This document shows positions 1 through 11,359 of a stretch of DNA of 64,000 bases, piece after piece. Every line of letters begins with the position of its first letter. Positions within the stretch are counted from its first letter, which is position 1. Both the position numbers and the translations under genes were made by a program. The stretch is taken from contig CAVPRW010000013.1 of NCBI GenBank assembly GCA_963707985.1, positions 64,186-128,185 on the forward strand, in the 5' to 3' direction. The notes beneath the pieces were generated by a model, which worked only from the letters and a program-made list of their open reading frames with translations, had not been told where the DNA came from and did no database searches. Origin of the DNA: an uncultured Nitrospinota bacterium (GTDB taxonomy: Bacteria > Tectomicrobia > Entotheonellia > J063 > CAVPRW01).

Positions 1-234
1 GAGCGCTCGTTCCACAAAGGCTACAAGAAATTCTTCGCGCTCGGCCGCGGTCACATAGCGCGCAAACTTCTCACGCTGGAGCACCTCGGCTAATTCCTCT
101 AGGGTCGAGGAGGACAACAGCACGCGACCACGGCTTAGAGCACGGCGCAAAGCTTGCCCTGGTGTTGAGTGCTCAAACAATACGGCACTGACCAAGGTAT
201 TCGTGTCGAAGACGCAACGTACGCTCTCACTCAT
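1..234 (-). CDS. PIN-domain toxin (PIN_3/MJ1680-like), runs off the window start
   Basis: Hand translation from ATG at 234: MSESVRCVFDTNTLVSAVLFEHSTPGQALRRALSRGRVLLSSSTLEELAEVLQREKF; VFDTNxLVSA PIN start motif; overlaps the upstream small gene (ATGAGTGA). Confidence 0.85.
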   Translation of the reverse strand, partial: MSESVRCVFDTNTLVSAVLFEHSTPGQALRRALSRGRVLLSSSTLEELAEVLQREKFARYVTAAEREEFLVAFVERAL

Positions 235-460
235 TGAGCAGCGATTCCAGGATCTCTGGTGTGAGGCCCCGCGCTTCCGCTTTGCGGCTCATCTCACTCA
301 TGATTTCTTCCAACGGTCGTGTGGTCCGCGCCACCTCGGTAAGTTTCAGGCTCAGCAATGCTTCGAGTTGCCGCTGTTGTTCAGCCGTCGCGGTGTTGTA
401 GACACGGGCCGCTTCCGGGCTGACACGAATGGTAATGGTCTGTGTTTCCATAGGCTCCAC
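227..460 (-). CDS. Putative antitoxin of the PIN toxin
   Basis: 77 aa ORF directly upstream of and overlapping the PIN gene; GGTGGAG RBS-like sequence. Confidence 0.7.
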   Translation of the reverse strand: MEPMETQTITIRVSPEAARVYNTATAEQQRQLEALLSLKLTEVARTTRPLEEIMSEMSRKAEARGLTPEILESLLNE

Positions 461-500
461 CCTTGACTACATTGCCGTATTGTTCTGACATGTGTAAACC

Positions 501-3500
501 CTAGCTCTCCAGGAGCCTCACAACATATTGTGAGACATTGAATGTAGCACGCGAGGAGTGAGGGCAGCATGGGTTATCCTTGCAGTGGAATTGTTGGCGG
601 TCGTCTGCACCTGCGGCTTGGGCCTCAAAAAACGCCCAGGCGGTGCGGTAGTCGTCCTCGCGGCTGGCGCGGGCGAAGGGCGCTACCCAGCGCCGTTCTT
701 TCAGATATGGGCCGGTGGGCAGGGTATCGTCCTGCACCCATTGCTGCACCACCGCGCCGTCGGGTAGGCCCTGCACGTCTTCCCAGCCGAACTGGCCATC
801 GCGCACCGTGCCATCGGGCAGCGTGATGCGCGCTTTGGGTTGCGAGGTGCCGCCCTTGCGCGGCAGGCCGACGCCCACCAGGCCCTTGCTGTTGGTGAAG
901 ACGATGCGGCCGTGCATGTCGTACCAGGTGTCGCGCTCGTACTGCTGCATGACCGGGAACTGCACGCGGTAGACCAGCAGCAGTTCGTCCAGCGTCAGGC
1001 CCAGGGCCTGGGCCACCAGCACGTCGATCTCCACCAGCGCCATGCGGCGGGCGTAGTCGGTGCGCAGGGCGCAGTGGCGCTGCCAGGCGGGCGTGAGGCG
1101 GGCGAAGAAGTCCTGCGGCAGGCGCGGGTTGTCGGGCTGGCTCCAGCGCTGTTGGGTGAAGTCGGGGGTGAAGACTTCGGACCAGAGGGGGGCGTAGTGG
1201 GTGGTGAGGCAGTTGAGCGCGAGATAACGCGGGCAGTCACGCTATAGCCTGTATCAATCAGGGGAGCTTGTGTGCTAAATCGCTGCGCAAATTGGCTTTT
1301 CCCGTTGTTTTAACGAGAAAATCAAATAGGATTGAGGCCATGCTTGCGGAGAAAGCAACCAAAGAAAGCGACTCTTTGAAAGTAATCGAAAATCCACCGT
1401 CAATATGCGCAGTTCCTCGGTGGCATGAGTCCCGCCGATTGTGGTCCGGTCCATGGAGATGCTGATCATTCTCCGATGAATATGTCGAAAATACTCTGTG
1501 ACTGGTCTGGAGCTAGTTTCTCCCGGCTCAACCCAGCTCACACGCGGAATTCGCCGTAGGTATTCGACGCGGTCGGCCATAGGGTGGTAGTTGGTACGCG
1601 GCAGGTAGTCGTCAGGGATGACCTCGAGGTCAATGGGGTCGTAATGGCCGTTCGCCGTACACACCCGACGCGGGGTTTTGTTGAAGGGGTTGGCCAGAAA
1701 GAAGTGCGGACCGGACAGCACCCAGTCGCTGGCATCGGTGACGAAACCGTTGTCGCCAGAGGTACGCCGGTGGATAGTGCCATCTTTCTGTGCGCTAGCT
1801 TTCATCCAACATCTCTGTGGAGAAATAGTCATCCCCTAGATCGGCGAGGCGGCGCGGGTAGGCTGCCAGCTTGTCCAGCACGCCCTGCAGCGCACCGGCA
1901 TGCAGGGCTGGCAGGCGGGCGCGGCGCGGTGGTGTGCCTTGTTCGTCGTATAGCTGAGCAAACACGGCCAGCGCAGCGTCGGTCACACGCACGATGCGGT
2001 CGCGGTGGCCAGCGATGTTCCATTTGCCGTCTTCGGTCTTATATCCACCCACCGTGCCAGTGCCATCGTGAGCGTAACAGGCATCCACGGTGGCAGGGGC
2101 AAACAGGTTGGCCAGTTGATCAAAGGCGGGTTGATCTTGAGGCGGCCCGTAGAGGTTAATGCTGTACTTGGTGTGGTGATCCACTTCGGCAAACAGTTGC
2201 AGTTCGTTGATGAACTGAAAATGTGCCCGCAGCCGCGGATAGAGCGCCTCACGAAGCGCACCACCCTTGGGGTCATCATACGGCCCTTCGGGGTGTAGAT
2301 AGGCCGCCACCCCATGGTTGCCCGACAGCCGCCAGCCCAGCGGCAGGAAGCACTTGTACAGATTCGCTTTCATGCCCTTGAGCAGCGGGTAGTTCTGCGT
2401 GCCATTCAGAAAATTCTGCGTCGCTTCGGCCTGTTCCAGCTCCGCAGTCCAGGCGTCCTGCAGGCCGGGATAGGTACTAAACGCCTCATCGCGCAGCTTT
2501 CCCAGGTCAGAGGCCGAGAACTTGCGGATGGCAAACAACGGGTTTTTCTCACCCAGGATGCCCGCCTCTTTCCACTCAACCTTGATCCATGGCGGATTCC
2601 CCAGCACCAGATCAAAGCCCCCACGCCTGGCGAACACATCGGCAAAGTTGAGTTCCCAGTGCAGGAACCGCGCTGCCGTGGCGAGGTCTTCCACCGTCTG
2701 CACGCGCGGAAAATGCTCGCGCAGCCGGCTGATGCGCAACTGGCCGAACCTGTCGTGCAGGTTCGGGCCGGTCGGGTCGCTGGCCGGCGCCGTCTGGTGT
2801 CCCGCTCCCAGCAGGCTGAGCTGCGTGGCGGACGCCGGGCCGGGCAGCTGCTGGCTGTGGCTCTGGCGCGAGCGCAAGGTCGAACTGGGGTTGCGGGGTC
2901 AGGTCCACCACATTGCCCTCGAGGATGGCGCCGATCTCCATCCACCACTGCTCCCGACTGGGCAACTGGCTGCTGCCGCGAATGGGCCAGAACCACAGGG
3001 CGCACCAGTAGTCCATCACCAGTTTGAGGCGGCGGAACGGCGTGGCCAGGTCATCGTCCTCGTTGAACAGGCCGCGCTTGCGGATGGCTTCCTTGGCGGC
3101 GCGCGTCGAGCCGGACGCATGCGGGTCTTCAGCCGGCCAGACGGGCAGCGGGTCCTCCGTCGCCTCGCGGTCGCGCGCCAGCACCCTGGCGTGCTGCTGC
3201 CAGAGATCATCGACCATGGCCGAGAGCTGCTGCAAGCGGGCGATCTCGTGCCGCTCCAGCGGCTTGAGAAACTCCTTGCGCCACTGCTTCAAGCGCTCGA
3301 AATCTGTGGGATAGAGCTTGCGGGCCACCTTGTCGGTGTAGTTGGCCATGCCCGGGTCGGGCAGCAGGAAGTGGTAGATCTCGTCGGGCTGGCGCACCGG
3401 GTGCTGCGGGTCCAGCCGGCGCGGCGCCTCGTCGTACCAGGCGGGTTTGGCGTTCCTGACGCAGTTGCGAGGCGCGATACACCTCGCGGCGGGCGCCGAT

Positions 3501-5602
3501 CAGGCTGTTGCCGGCAAACAACTGGTAGCCAAACCAGGGCACGCGGGCCTGACGCGGGGCGCCGTCTTCGGCCTCGTCCTCGCCATAGATGGCGTTGAGC
3601 CACAGCGACACCTCGGCCAGCTCCACCGCCACCGGGTTCAGGTCCACGCCGAAGACATTGCGGTCGGCCAGGTACATGCGCACCTTCTGCAGCTCGCGCG
3701 GGTAGTCCTCGTGCGGGATGCGCCGGCCCAGCTCGGCCTGCTTCAGCTCCAGATACTTCTCGGCGAGCTGATTGATCGCCTCGTTCAAGAACGCCGCGCT
3801 GCCCATGGCCGGCTCGCACACGGTGATACGCAGAATGTCGTCGGCGGTCTTGCCCTGGAGCAGTTCCTTCAGGGCGTACTTCACCAGGCAGCGCGTCAGC
3901 ACCTGCGGCGTGTAGTAGCTGGCGCTCTTTTGGCGGTCGCGCCCGGCCAGGCGGTAGATGAAGGTGCCGCGCTCGTACTTGCGCAGCTTGCGGTGCCCGG
4001 CATCATCGACGTCGTACACCTTCTCGGTGTTCTTGTAGTCGCCGATGCGGCTGGCGGGCACAAACCAGGCGTTGTCCAGCACATCGGTGCTGCCGCCGCC
4101 CTCCGCTTCACCCGCTTCCTCATCGTCCTCGTCGTCATCGGCGGCCCGGGCCTGCTTGCGCTCAGGCATCACCTCGTACAGATCTTCCGTGGCAAAAAAG
4201 CCGCGATACGACAGCAGGGCTTCGTACACCGCCCCGAGCTGGTTGATCGACAGCAACTGATAGCTGACCCGCCCCTTCCGCTTGCCCTTGCCGCCCGACA
4301 GCGACATCAGGCGGATGACCCGTTGCCACACATGGTTGGGGAAGCGCACCCGATTCAGCAACGGCGTGCTGGCCTCGTCGAACAGACGGCTGTCGAGCGG
4401 TGCCAGCACAAAGGCATCGCGCACACTGGCAACGCTCAGGGGTTGCTGCACGGCCGGCGCGCAGCCCGTCGCCACCAGGGAGAACAGCCGGCGCAGGGTG
4501 TGGTCGAAGTACAGACCGTCGCGGGCCTGCGGCGTGTGCAGCGGCGTCAGCTCCAGGTCGCGCAGGGACTCTAGACTGTAGCCCTTGAGGTAGATGTCGC
4601 TGTTGCGGATGGGCACGTAGCCCAGCTCCGGCCGCGCCTCGATGTAGAACATGAAGAGCAGGCGGTACACCAGGCGCAGGCATTCCAGGCTCAGCTGCTC
4701 GGGGTCTAGCTCGTCCTTGCCGGAGAAAAACCCTCGTTTGGCCTCCACCGCCTGCTGGCGCAGCTGCCGCACGGCCTCGTTGCCGAGCACCTCGATGGCT
4801 TCACGGATCGCGTATTTCAGATCCTCGCTGACCCCAAAGGCGTGCTTATGGGCGTTCTCGTCCAGGCTCTCCAGCAGGCTGGCGCCACTGCCAGGTGCCA
4901 GCGAGTCGCGGTGCAGCAAGGCTGCCGCGGCCTGCAGGGTGAGCGGCTCCTTGCGGTCGAGGATCTCGTTCCAGTCAAAACGCAGGGCACGGCTGTTGGG
5001 CCACTTGAAGCGGTCCAGCAGCAACCACTCGTGGAGGCCCACCAGGATGATGAAGCGTGGCGCCTGGTCGGCCCCGAACAGCGCGTCCGACACGATGGCG
5101 GCAAAATCCTCCTCGGCCAGCGCGGGCGGCACCGGCACACCCGCATAGTGCACCGCCGACAACTGCTGATCGAGGATGTCGTCGTCCTCCTGCCCCGGAT
5201 TGTAGGCCGGCACGACCAGCACCTGCGGCGCCTTGCCGGCATCGCCGAGCACCTGCCACACCGGCACCGGCATGCCAGCCTGCAGTTCCAGGTATTGGGG
5301 GGTGATGGCGTAGCCCAGGGCCTGCAGCAGCCCCTGCTGCACCTCCTGGAAACTGGCGAGCTGCTCCGCGGCAGCGCCACCGCGCGGTGCCCAGCGTTGC
5401 GCAACGCGAACCACTGGCCGGCCCAGCTGGCGAGCTGCTTGAAGGGCGCCCGCTGCGCCGGATCGGCCTCTTCCGCGGCGGCCCACTGCTCGAGACGCTC
5501 CCGGATATCGCCCTTGAACACCTCAGCCAGGTAGTGGTGGCTGTAGAACTCGTTCTCATTGACGATGCCAACAAAGGTCTGCACGGCTTCGACTACTGGC
5601 AT
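501..5602 (-). pseudogene. Large N6-adenine DNA methyltransferase (Eco57I/type IIG-like, DrmMI-like), multiply frameshifted
   Basis: Contiguous pieces in ORFs 4817-5602, 3207-5486, 2612-3397, 1795-2877, 1275-1832, 501-1043; motifs QLGAVYEALL, SASYYTP, EPAMGSAAFL (SAM binding), FGVDLNPVAVELA, FDLVLGNPPW (motif IV). Confidence 0.9.
538..570 (-). pseudogene. Possible N-terminal stub of a large DEAD/DEAH helicase
   Basis: AAGGA RBS then ATG at 570 encoding MLPSLLACYIQ, resembling the MLPSLLARDIQ-type start I recall for helicases that follow this methyltransferase family; similarity stops at once. Confidence 0.4.
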
Positions 5603-5684
5603 GGGTGTTCTCCGCTTCTTGGCTCGGAGAGTATCTCACCATCATTGCGCCATTGGGCAGCGCCGGTCTGGCGTAGCTGTGTGC

Positions 5685-6005
5685 CTATTCGATATCGATG
5701 CGATAGCTTACCATCCACAGTTCAAGCTGCTCAAGGCGTACTTTCCAGCGGTTTTTGAACTGTCTCATCCATTGGCGATTCCTGGGGCTGTCGGCGACAT
5801 CCACAACGATCCGCACAAGGTCGTCCCGGTAAAGAATCCCACTGTGACGCCAGTGCCCTTCCACTTTCTGCGTCTCGTAGCTGGCCGCACCGAAGTTATC
5901 CACAATTTCGAGCACCGCCTCAGCAATCCATTCTCCTGGAACGTCTCGTCCATCATTGAACCGGAGGGGTAGCAGTACCTCGAATCGCCGCCATCTGCTG
6001 CTCAT
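5685..6005 (-). CDS. Conserved-looking hypothetical protein (about 106 aa), downstream partner of a TA-like pair
   Basis: ATG at 6005, MSSRWRRFEVLLPLRFNDG...ELWMVSYRIDIE; alternating beta/alpha pattern; overlaps upstream gene by 53 nt. Confidence 0.75.
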   Translation of the reverse strand: MSSRWRRFEVLLPLRFNDGRDVPGEWIAEAVLEIVDNFGAASYETQKVEGHWRHSGILYRDDLVRIVVDVADSPRNRQWMRQFKNRWKVRLEQLELWMVSYRIDIE

Positions 6006-6177
6006 AAGTCGTCTTGCCTTTGACGGTAAAGGGAATGTTTTGATCAGCCAGGGCTTCCAAGGCTGCCTCAGGTACGAGGTGCTCACCAGAGCGGAGTACG
6101 CGTCCCGAAAAGCGACCAAGCAAAAAGGCTAGGGCGCGTTTCTCTGTGGCACGGTCAGGAAAGATAATGGTCACCAT
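5953..6177 (-). CDS. Small hypothetical protein (about 74 aa), upstream partner of a TA-like pair
   Basis: GAGGAGG RBS before ATG 6177 (MVTIIFPDRATEKRALAFLLGRF). Confidence 0.7.
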   Translation of the reverse strand: MVTIIFPDRATEKRALAFLLGRFSGRVLRSGEHLVPEAALEALADQNIPFTVKGKTTYEQQMAAIRGTATPPVQ

Positions 6178-6200
6178 GTGCTGAAACCTCCTCGCACATC

Positions 6201-6320
6201 CTATCGAGTTGATGTATAGCGCCACTGACAGACTGGTTCACGGCAATAACCTGGGTGTATTGTGGGGCGGGCGGCTTCCTGAAACAGAATGGCCAGCACG
6301 GCTGACGTGTCGATGATCAC
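6201..6320 (-). pseudogene. vapC: Truncated VapC (PIN) toxin
   Basis: GTG at 6320 overlaps the vapB stop; reads VIIDTSAVLAILFQE, a typical VapC N-terminus, then loses similarity; stop at 6201. Confidence 0.8.
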
Positions 6321-6571
6321 GACGGCAACCCCTGCTCGTCATAGAGCAAAGTTGCGTGCTCGTCAGACGTTGCCGGCGTATGGAGATGAGCGGCACAACG
6401 CCGGCCAATGGCCATGAGCTCAGCGGCGGTGGCTTTCTGGCGCTGCTTGGAGAGGCGCGCTAGGCGTTCGCGCACCGCCTCCGTGACCGCCTGCGTCAGC
6501 GTCTCCCCCGTCAACCTGGCCAGTTCCGTCGCAAGCCGGTGCGTCTCAGGGTTCTTAATGTTCAGGGTCAT
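6317..6571 (-). CDS. vapB: VapB antitoxin (Rv0623-like)
   Basis: MTLNIKNPETHRLATELARLTGETLTQAVTEAVRERL...LLYDEQGLP is characteristic; AGGAG RBS; TTGTCG-N17-TAGAAT upstream. Confidence 0.9.
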   Translation of the reverse strand: MTLNIKNPETHRLATELARLTGETLTQAVTEAVRERLARLSKQRQKATAAELMAIGRRCAAHLHTPATSDEHATLLYDEQGLPS

Positions 6572-6714
6572 GGGACGCTCCTATGGTAGAAAATTCTTTG
6601 CCATTCTACCAGACGGAGCAGCCTGCGACAATCGAGGCAACGGGGAAGCTGGAAGGATTGGCTAAGGCCGTACCGCGCCGTATGCCATCGCATGGCTCCT
6701 TGTAGACGTACGGC

Positions 6715-9165
6715 TCAGCCGCACACCGCGGCGAGGACCTGCAGGTAGGGTTCAGGCTCAGTGCTCAGGGTATCCTCCACCCACTGGCGATACTCGTCAA
6801 ATACCCGTCTGATGACCCGACTGCGGCGCTCGAACTGGCTGCGCCTGACCTGCTCCAACTGCTTCTCGAGGCGCAATTCCAGTTGTTGCACTTGCTCGGT
6901 CTGCAGGCGCTCCAGGTCCGCCAGCGTGCCCTGCAGACGCTGCTGCATCTCGTCGGCAAAGGCGGCCTGCCGTTGCACCATGTGCTGGCGCATGCAGGCG
7001 ACCGCCTCCGGCAGCGCCGCCTGCAAGTCCTGCAACGGGGAGCTCAGCCCCGGATTCGGCAACCGACCGGCCTGGAGACCAGCACGCTGTACAAAGGCAT
7101 CGTAGGGCTCCAGCGTAAACGGCTGGCCGGGGTGCCGGCAGGCCACCTGCCAGTCGACCAGCAGCGGTTGGCCCTTGCGGTTGGGGACCAGGCCCATCAT
7201 CACAAAGGCCTGCTCGCCAGGTTGCAGGTAATGGCTCTGGATGACTGGGGCGCGATGGCGGCCAAACAGCGTGATGACGCGGTCGACCAGCCAGTCGACG
7301 ATGGGGTGCTGCGGCCACAGGTAATGCAGCTGCGGCCATGTCTCGTCCTCAGCCTTGGCCTGACGGGCCTGCTCAATGGCCTGCTTCAGACGCGCCGGGT
7401 CGGCGCACAACTCATAGCGGTGATCGCTGCTGCGCACCTCGCGAGGGAGCTGCTGCAGCCGCTCCTGCAGGTCGGGTGGCGCGGTGATGGCCAGACCCTG
7501 TGCCACCTCGTTCGTCGTCCACTGCAGCCAGTCGCGTGCCGGAGCCAGCTGGGTCAGGGCAGCTGTGGCAAAGTGATACTCGCTCTTGAAGAGGCTCGGC
7601 CAGTCTTCGATGTGGTCGCTGCTCTGAGAGGCGAGGGGTTTTTCTAACGGAGCTGCCGCCGTCCCACCGCCGAACAACTGCAGCAGCCAGTCGCCCTCGT
7701 TGGCCTGCCTGCTCGTCCAGCGTGGCCGACACTTGCGCTGGCGTCATGCCATTGGCCATAAACTCGCTGACTTTCTCCACTTCTTTGTCCGGGTCGTAGA
7801 CGTTGAGAAAAGCCGCCGGGTCACCCAGGTTCAGGGTGGCCTGCTCGTCCTTCTGTTCCAGGATCTCCAGGATGCGCAGGTCGCCGCGGATTTTCTCCAC
7901 CTGCGTGGCGGTGAACAGATAGAGGATCTGCGGTTCCTGCGCCTGGCCATAGCGATCGACGCGCCCGTTGCGCTGCTGAAAGACCATCAGCGACCATGGC
8001 AAGTCAAAGTGTATGAGTCGGTGGCAGAAGTAATGGAGATTCAGGCCCTCGGACGCCACGTCCGAACAGAGCAGCAGCCGCAACGGATCCTCCCGGCGCC
8101 CGAAGCGCTCGACGATCTCCTGTTGCGCGGTATCGGGAAGCTGGCCATGCATGAGCGTGATCTGCTGGTCGTGCAGGCGCAGATCGCGCTGCAACTGACC
8201 ATGCAACCAGCGCAGGGTCTCGAGGCGCTCGGAGAACACGACCAGCGCGGTCCGCCGGATTGCTCAAGACCCACCCGGACTCGGCAGACGTGAGATAGGC
8301 CAGCAGCCGCTGGTACTTGCTGAAATTGTTGGCATCGATACAGCCCAGCGCTGCGGCGAAGGCCTGTAAATCCGCCACTTCCTGCCGTTCGTCAGCCGTG
8401 GGTTGATGCCCTCGGGTGAGCAGTTGGATGCGCTTATGGGTCGACTCGAGCGCAGCGAACGGGCTGGAGAAGATGGCCTTTTGCATAGCGACGCGTTGCA
8501 GCTCCTGCTGTTTACCGCCTCTGTGCGTACCACCCTGGGTGAAACGGATGGCGAGCAGGGCCCGGTAGGCGGCTTCTTCAGCTGCTGAGGCCTGTGGGGT
8601 GAGTTTGATCGTGCGCCGTTCCTTGAAGTCGCCCGTCACCTGGTCCCTGATATCCTTCTTGAAGCGGCGAATGACCAAGCCCTTTGTCGCGATAATCCTT
8701 CGGCGTGTAGTCATCGGGGTCACTGATCGCCGTGGGATCGAGGAGGGCCATGAGCGACGCAAAGCTCCGCGCTGAGCCATCGTGCGGCGTGGCCGACAAC
8801 AGGATCAGCGTGTCGGAGCGGCCGGCGAGTTTCTCGGCCAGGCGCGCCCGCCGCGACTTGCCCTGCTCAGCGGCGCGCGCCGCGACGTTGTGACACTCAT
8901 CGATGACGATGATGTCCCACCAGGCGTTCTCGAGATAGTTGCGATATTCGAGGTTGTTCTTCAGGGTGTCGATCGAGATGATGCTGCGGTCGAAGTAATT
9001 GAACGGGTTGTGGTTGCTGGGGATGCGGTGACGCACCAGGTCAGACACACCATCACAGGTCAGCAGACGGCCACCATCGTTTGACGGGTCCACCCGCCGG
9101 ACGAGCCATTCCTCATCGCGCACCACGATACGGGCTCCCGGAGCAATGGGGGTGTTCGTCACCAT
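6715..9165 (-). pseudogene. SNF2-family helicase (HepA/DrmD-like), frameshifted and lacking motif I
   Basis: Pieces 8578-9165, 8004-8780, 7412-8239, 6715-7677; IVIDECHN (II), LLSATPHDG (III), SDVASEGLNLH (V), QRNGRVDRYGQ (VI); no Walker A before DECH. Confidence 0.9.
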
Positions 9166-9295
9166 TGTCCTCCTAGCACGTCAGTCAACATGTTGCCACC
9201 GTTCCGGGTCACTCGCCGCGAGTGAGCACCCCCGATCCATCCGGCTCATGCCGCCCCTACCCGGAATGGCCTAGCATCCTGATCATCGTCGGCCG

Positions 9296-10648
9296 TCAGG
9301 AGTCGAGCTCCAGCTCGCGGATCAGGGGCGCCACATGCTCCACGGACTCGATCGCCCTGAGCTGCCGCTCCAGGTCGGCCACCCTCCGGCTCTCCAGACG
9401 TAATCCTACCAGGTCCCGGAACTTCTGCTGGATCTCTGCCGCAGTCATCAGCGGGTACCGCAGGTCCTGACGCAGCACCTCGCCACTGCGGGTGCGCACC
9501 GTCAGGCCCATGTCCAGCCGCTGTCCCATGTTGGCGGGCTCTGGCCGGGGGAGAATGAAGACTCGAGCCCGGTCCCGGAAGGCCTGCACCCGAGGGTCCT
9601 CCCGATAGCTGGGGTCATGAATGTGCTGGAAGGTGATCTCACCGTACACCGCGGCCAGCGCGAGGATGGTCTCCAGGTGCACCGACGGATGGCGATTGGT
9701 CATGACCGTGTGGAAGGCGCTCCGCGACACAGACACCTCGATCTGCTCGATGTCCTCGGCCGCCAGTTCGTGCGACCTGATCAGGTGCAGGAAGGCATAG
9801 AGCGGCGTCTGGTCGGGCCCCCCCACCGGGTAGCGTTTATAGGCGATCTGGCGCATCAGGTACTGCTCACCTAACCCCTCCACTACCTCGTGGCCGACGC
9901 CGGGGAGCCCCAGAAAGGCGTCGAAAAAGCCGTGTTCGATGCTCAAGACCTCCTTGGGGCCATGGAACCCCTCCTGCGCCAGCAGCGCGGAGAGCACCCC
10001 CGCCTCCGCGGCGCGGCCATGGTTCAACGACTTGATCTGATGCAAGGGTTCGCGGTGGTGGCTGGAGAGGCCACACGCCCCTGAGGCGGCCAGACCCAGG
10101 GCATCCTCCAGCTGCCCGGCATCCAGGCCCAGTAAGAGGCCAGCGACGACCGCCGCGCCCAGGGCACCTCCCACGCTGGCGGTGAATTGGCTCCGGGTGC
10201 CGTAGTGGCCCAGGAGGCTTTGTAGACGGGCCGCTACCTCCGATCCTAGGGCCAGCGCCCGGATGAACGCCTGGCCTGACGCGTCCACGTACTGCCCGAC
10301 GCTGAGCGCGGTCGGCACCGTGGTGGCCGCATAGTGCCCTGTGCCGTGCTGACCGGTGGAATCCACCTCATCGCCATGCCCAATGGTGCCGTTGGCCAGG
10401 GCCGCCTGCGTGACCGAGGTCCGCACCGAGTGCCCCACAATGCTGCACGGCCCCGGAGGACTCAGCCGGCGCACCAGCGCCACCACCGGCTGGCATGACG
10501 ACAGGGTGGCGCTGGCGAGCATACACCCCACTTGGTCGTATAAAAGGGTCACCGTCTCCTGGCGCACCTCCGCCGGGAGGTCCCCATAGGAAGTTGAACA
10601 CACCCAGCGGCACAACGTGGCGGTGGGACTGGTCGTCGAGGTCATCAT
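9296..10648 (-). CDS. MmgE/PrpD family protein
   Basis: AALANGTIGHGDEVD, GTGH, IAYKRYPVG motifs; 450 aa. Confidence 0.9.
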   Translation of the reverse strand: MMTSTTSPTATLCRWVCSTSYGDLPAEVRQETVTLLYDQVGCMLASATLSSCQPVVALVRRLSPPGPCSIVGHSVRTSVTQAALANGTIGHGDEVDSTGQHGTGHYAATTVPTALSVGQYVDASGQAFIRALALGSEVAARLQSLLGHYGTRSQFTASVGGALGAAVVAGLLLGLDAGQLEDALGLAASGACGLSSHHREPLHQIKSLNHGRAAEAGVLSALLAQEGFHGPKEVLSIEHGFFDAFLGLPGVGHEVVEGLGEQYLMRQIAYKRYPVGGPDQTPLYAFLHLIRSHELAAEDIEQIEVSVSRSAFHTVMTNRHPSVHLETILALAAVYGEITFQHIHDPSYREDPRVQAFRDRARVFILPRPEPANMGQRLDMGLTVRTRSGEVLRQDLRYPLMTAAEIQQKFRDLVGLRLESRRVADLERQLRAIESVEHVAPLIRELELDS

Positions 10649-10913
10649 CGCTCCCTCCCTTTGGCATCTGACGTAGGCTCGCGAATCAATACGCTACGCC
10701 TGCCCATGGCCTCCATGCCTGCGTACATCCGATTTCGGCTAGCAGTATAGACCTTGGCGGGCGAGGACACAATCAGGACCGACACTAGGCCAGAGCTACC
10801 GTGGTCCACGATCCCACCGTTGAGCATGGTTGTAGTCCGCAAAAATGTTATCATCCCGGGTTCTTTTCAGACCATGGCTCCCTAGGATGACCACTGACAC
10901 GCCTTGCTAGGGT

Positions 10914-11354
10914 TCACGGGAGAGAGACCTCGGGCGGATCATCGATCCAGTTGGCCAACTGCGCCGGGGGAAGCACATCGCGGAAGTCCACCTGATTGCG
11001 GGTGACCAGGATATGCTGCCCTGCGACGACGGTGGCCGCAATCATCAGGTGGGCATAACGCTGCCGTCGGCGATGCCGCTGCCGGAGGTCGTCCACTACG
11101 GTCGCACTGGCGGCATCAAACACCACGAAGTGGAATTGGGCGAGCATCTGCTACGTGTCCAGCAACCGTCGGTGTGCCAGGGGTGCCTCAGCCGGCGTCA
11201 CTTTCAGGGCAAAGTCGCACCGCCCACGGAGCACTTCAGCGACAACCACCGATGGCAGGGCGATCTCGGACCACGGCACGCGCAGCAGATACGAGCGCAA
11301 CGTCGTGTGCCCCTGCCCAAAGGCGCGGAGGATATTCGCCTCCCAGAGATACAT
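10914..11354 (-). pseudogene. PIN/VapC toxin with in-frame stop
   Basis: ORFs 11151-11354 and 10914-11147 are in the same frame, split by TAG at 11151; VVVAEVLRG and LMIAAT...ILVTRNQVDF motifs. Confidence 0.8.
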
Positions 11355-11359
11355 CCGCG

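Noticed and set aside
2314..5534. Long plus-strand ORFs (2522-3598, 3447-4574, 4842-5534)
   Set aside because: Antisense shadows of the GC-rich methyltransferase gene; no motifs
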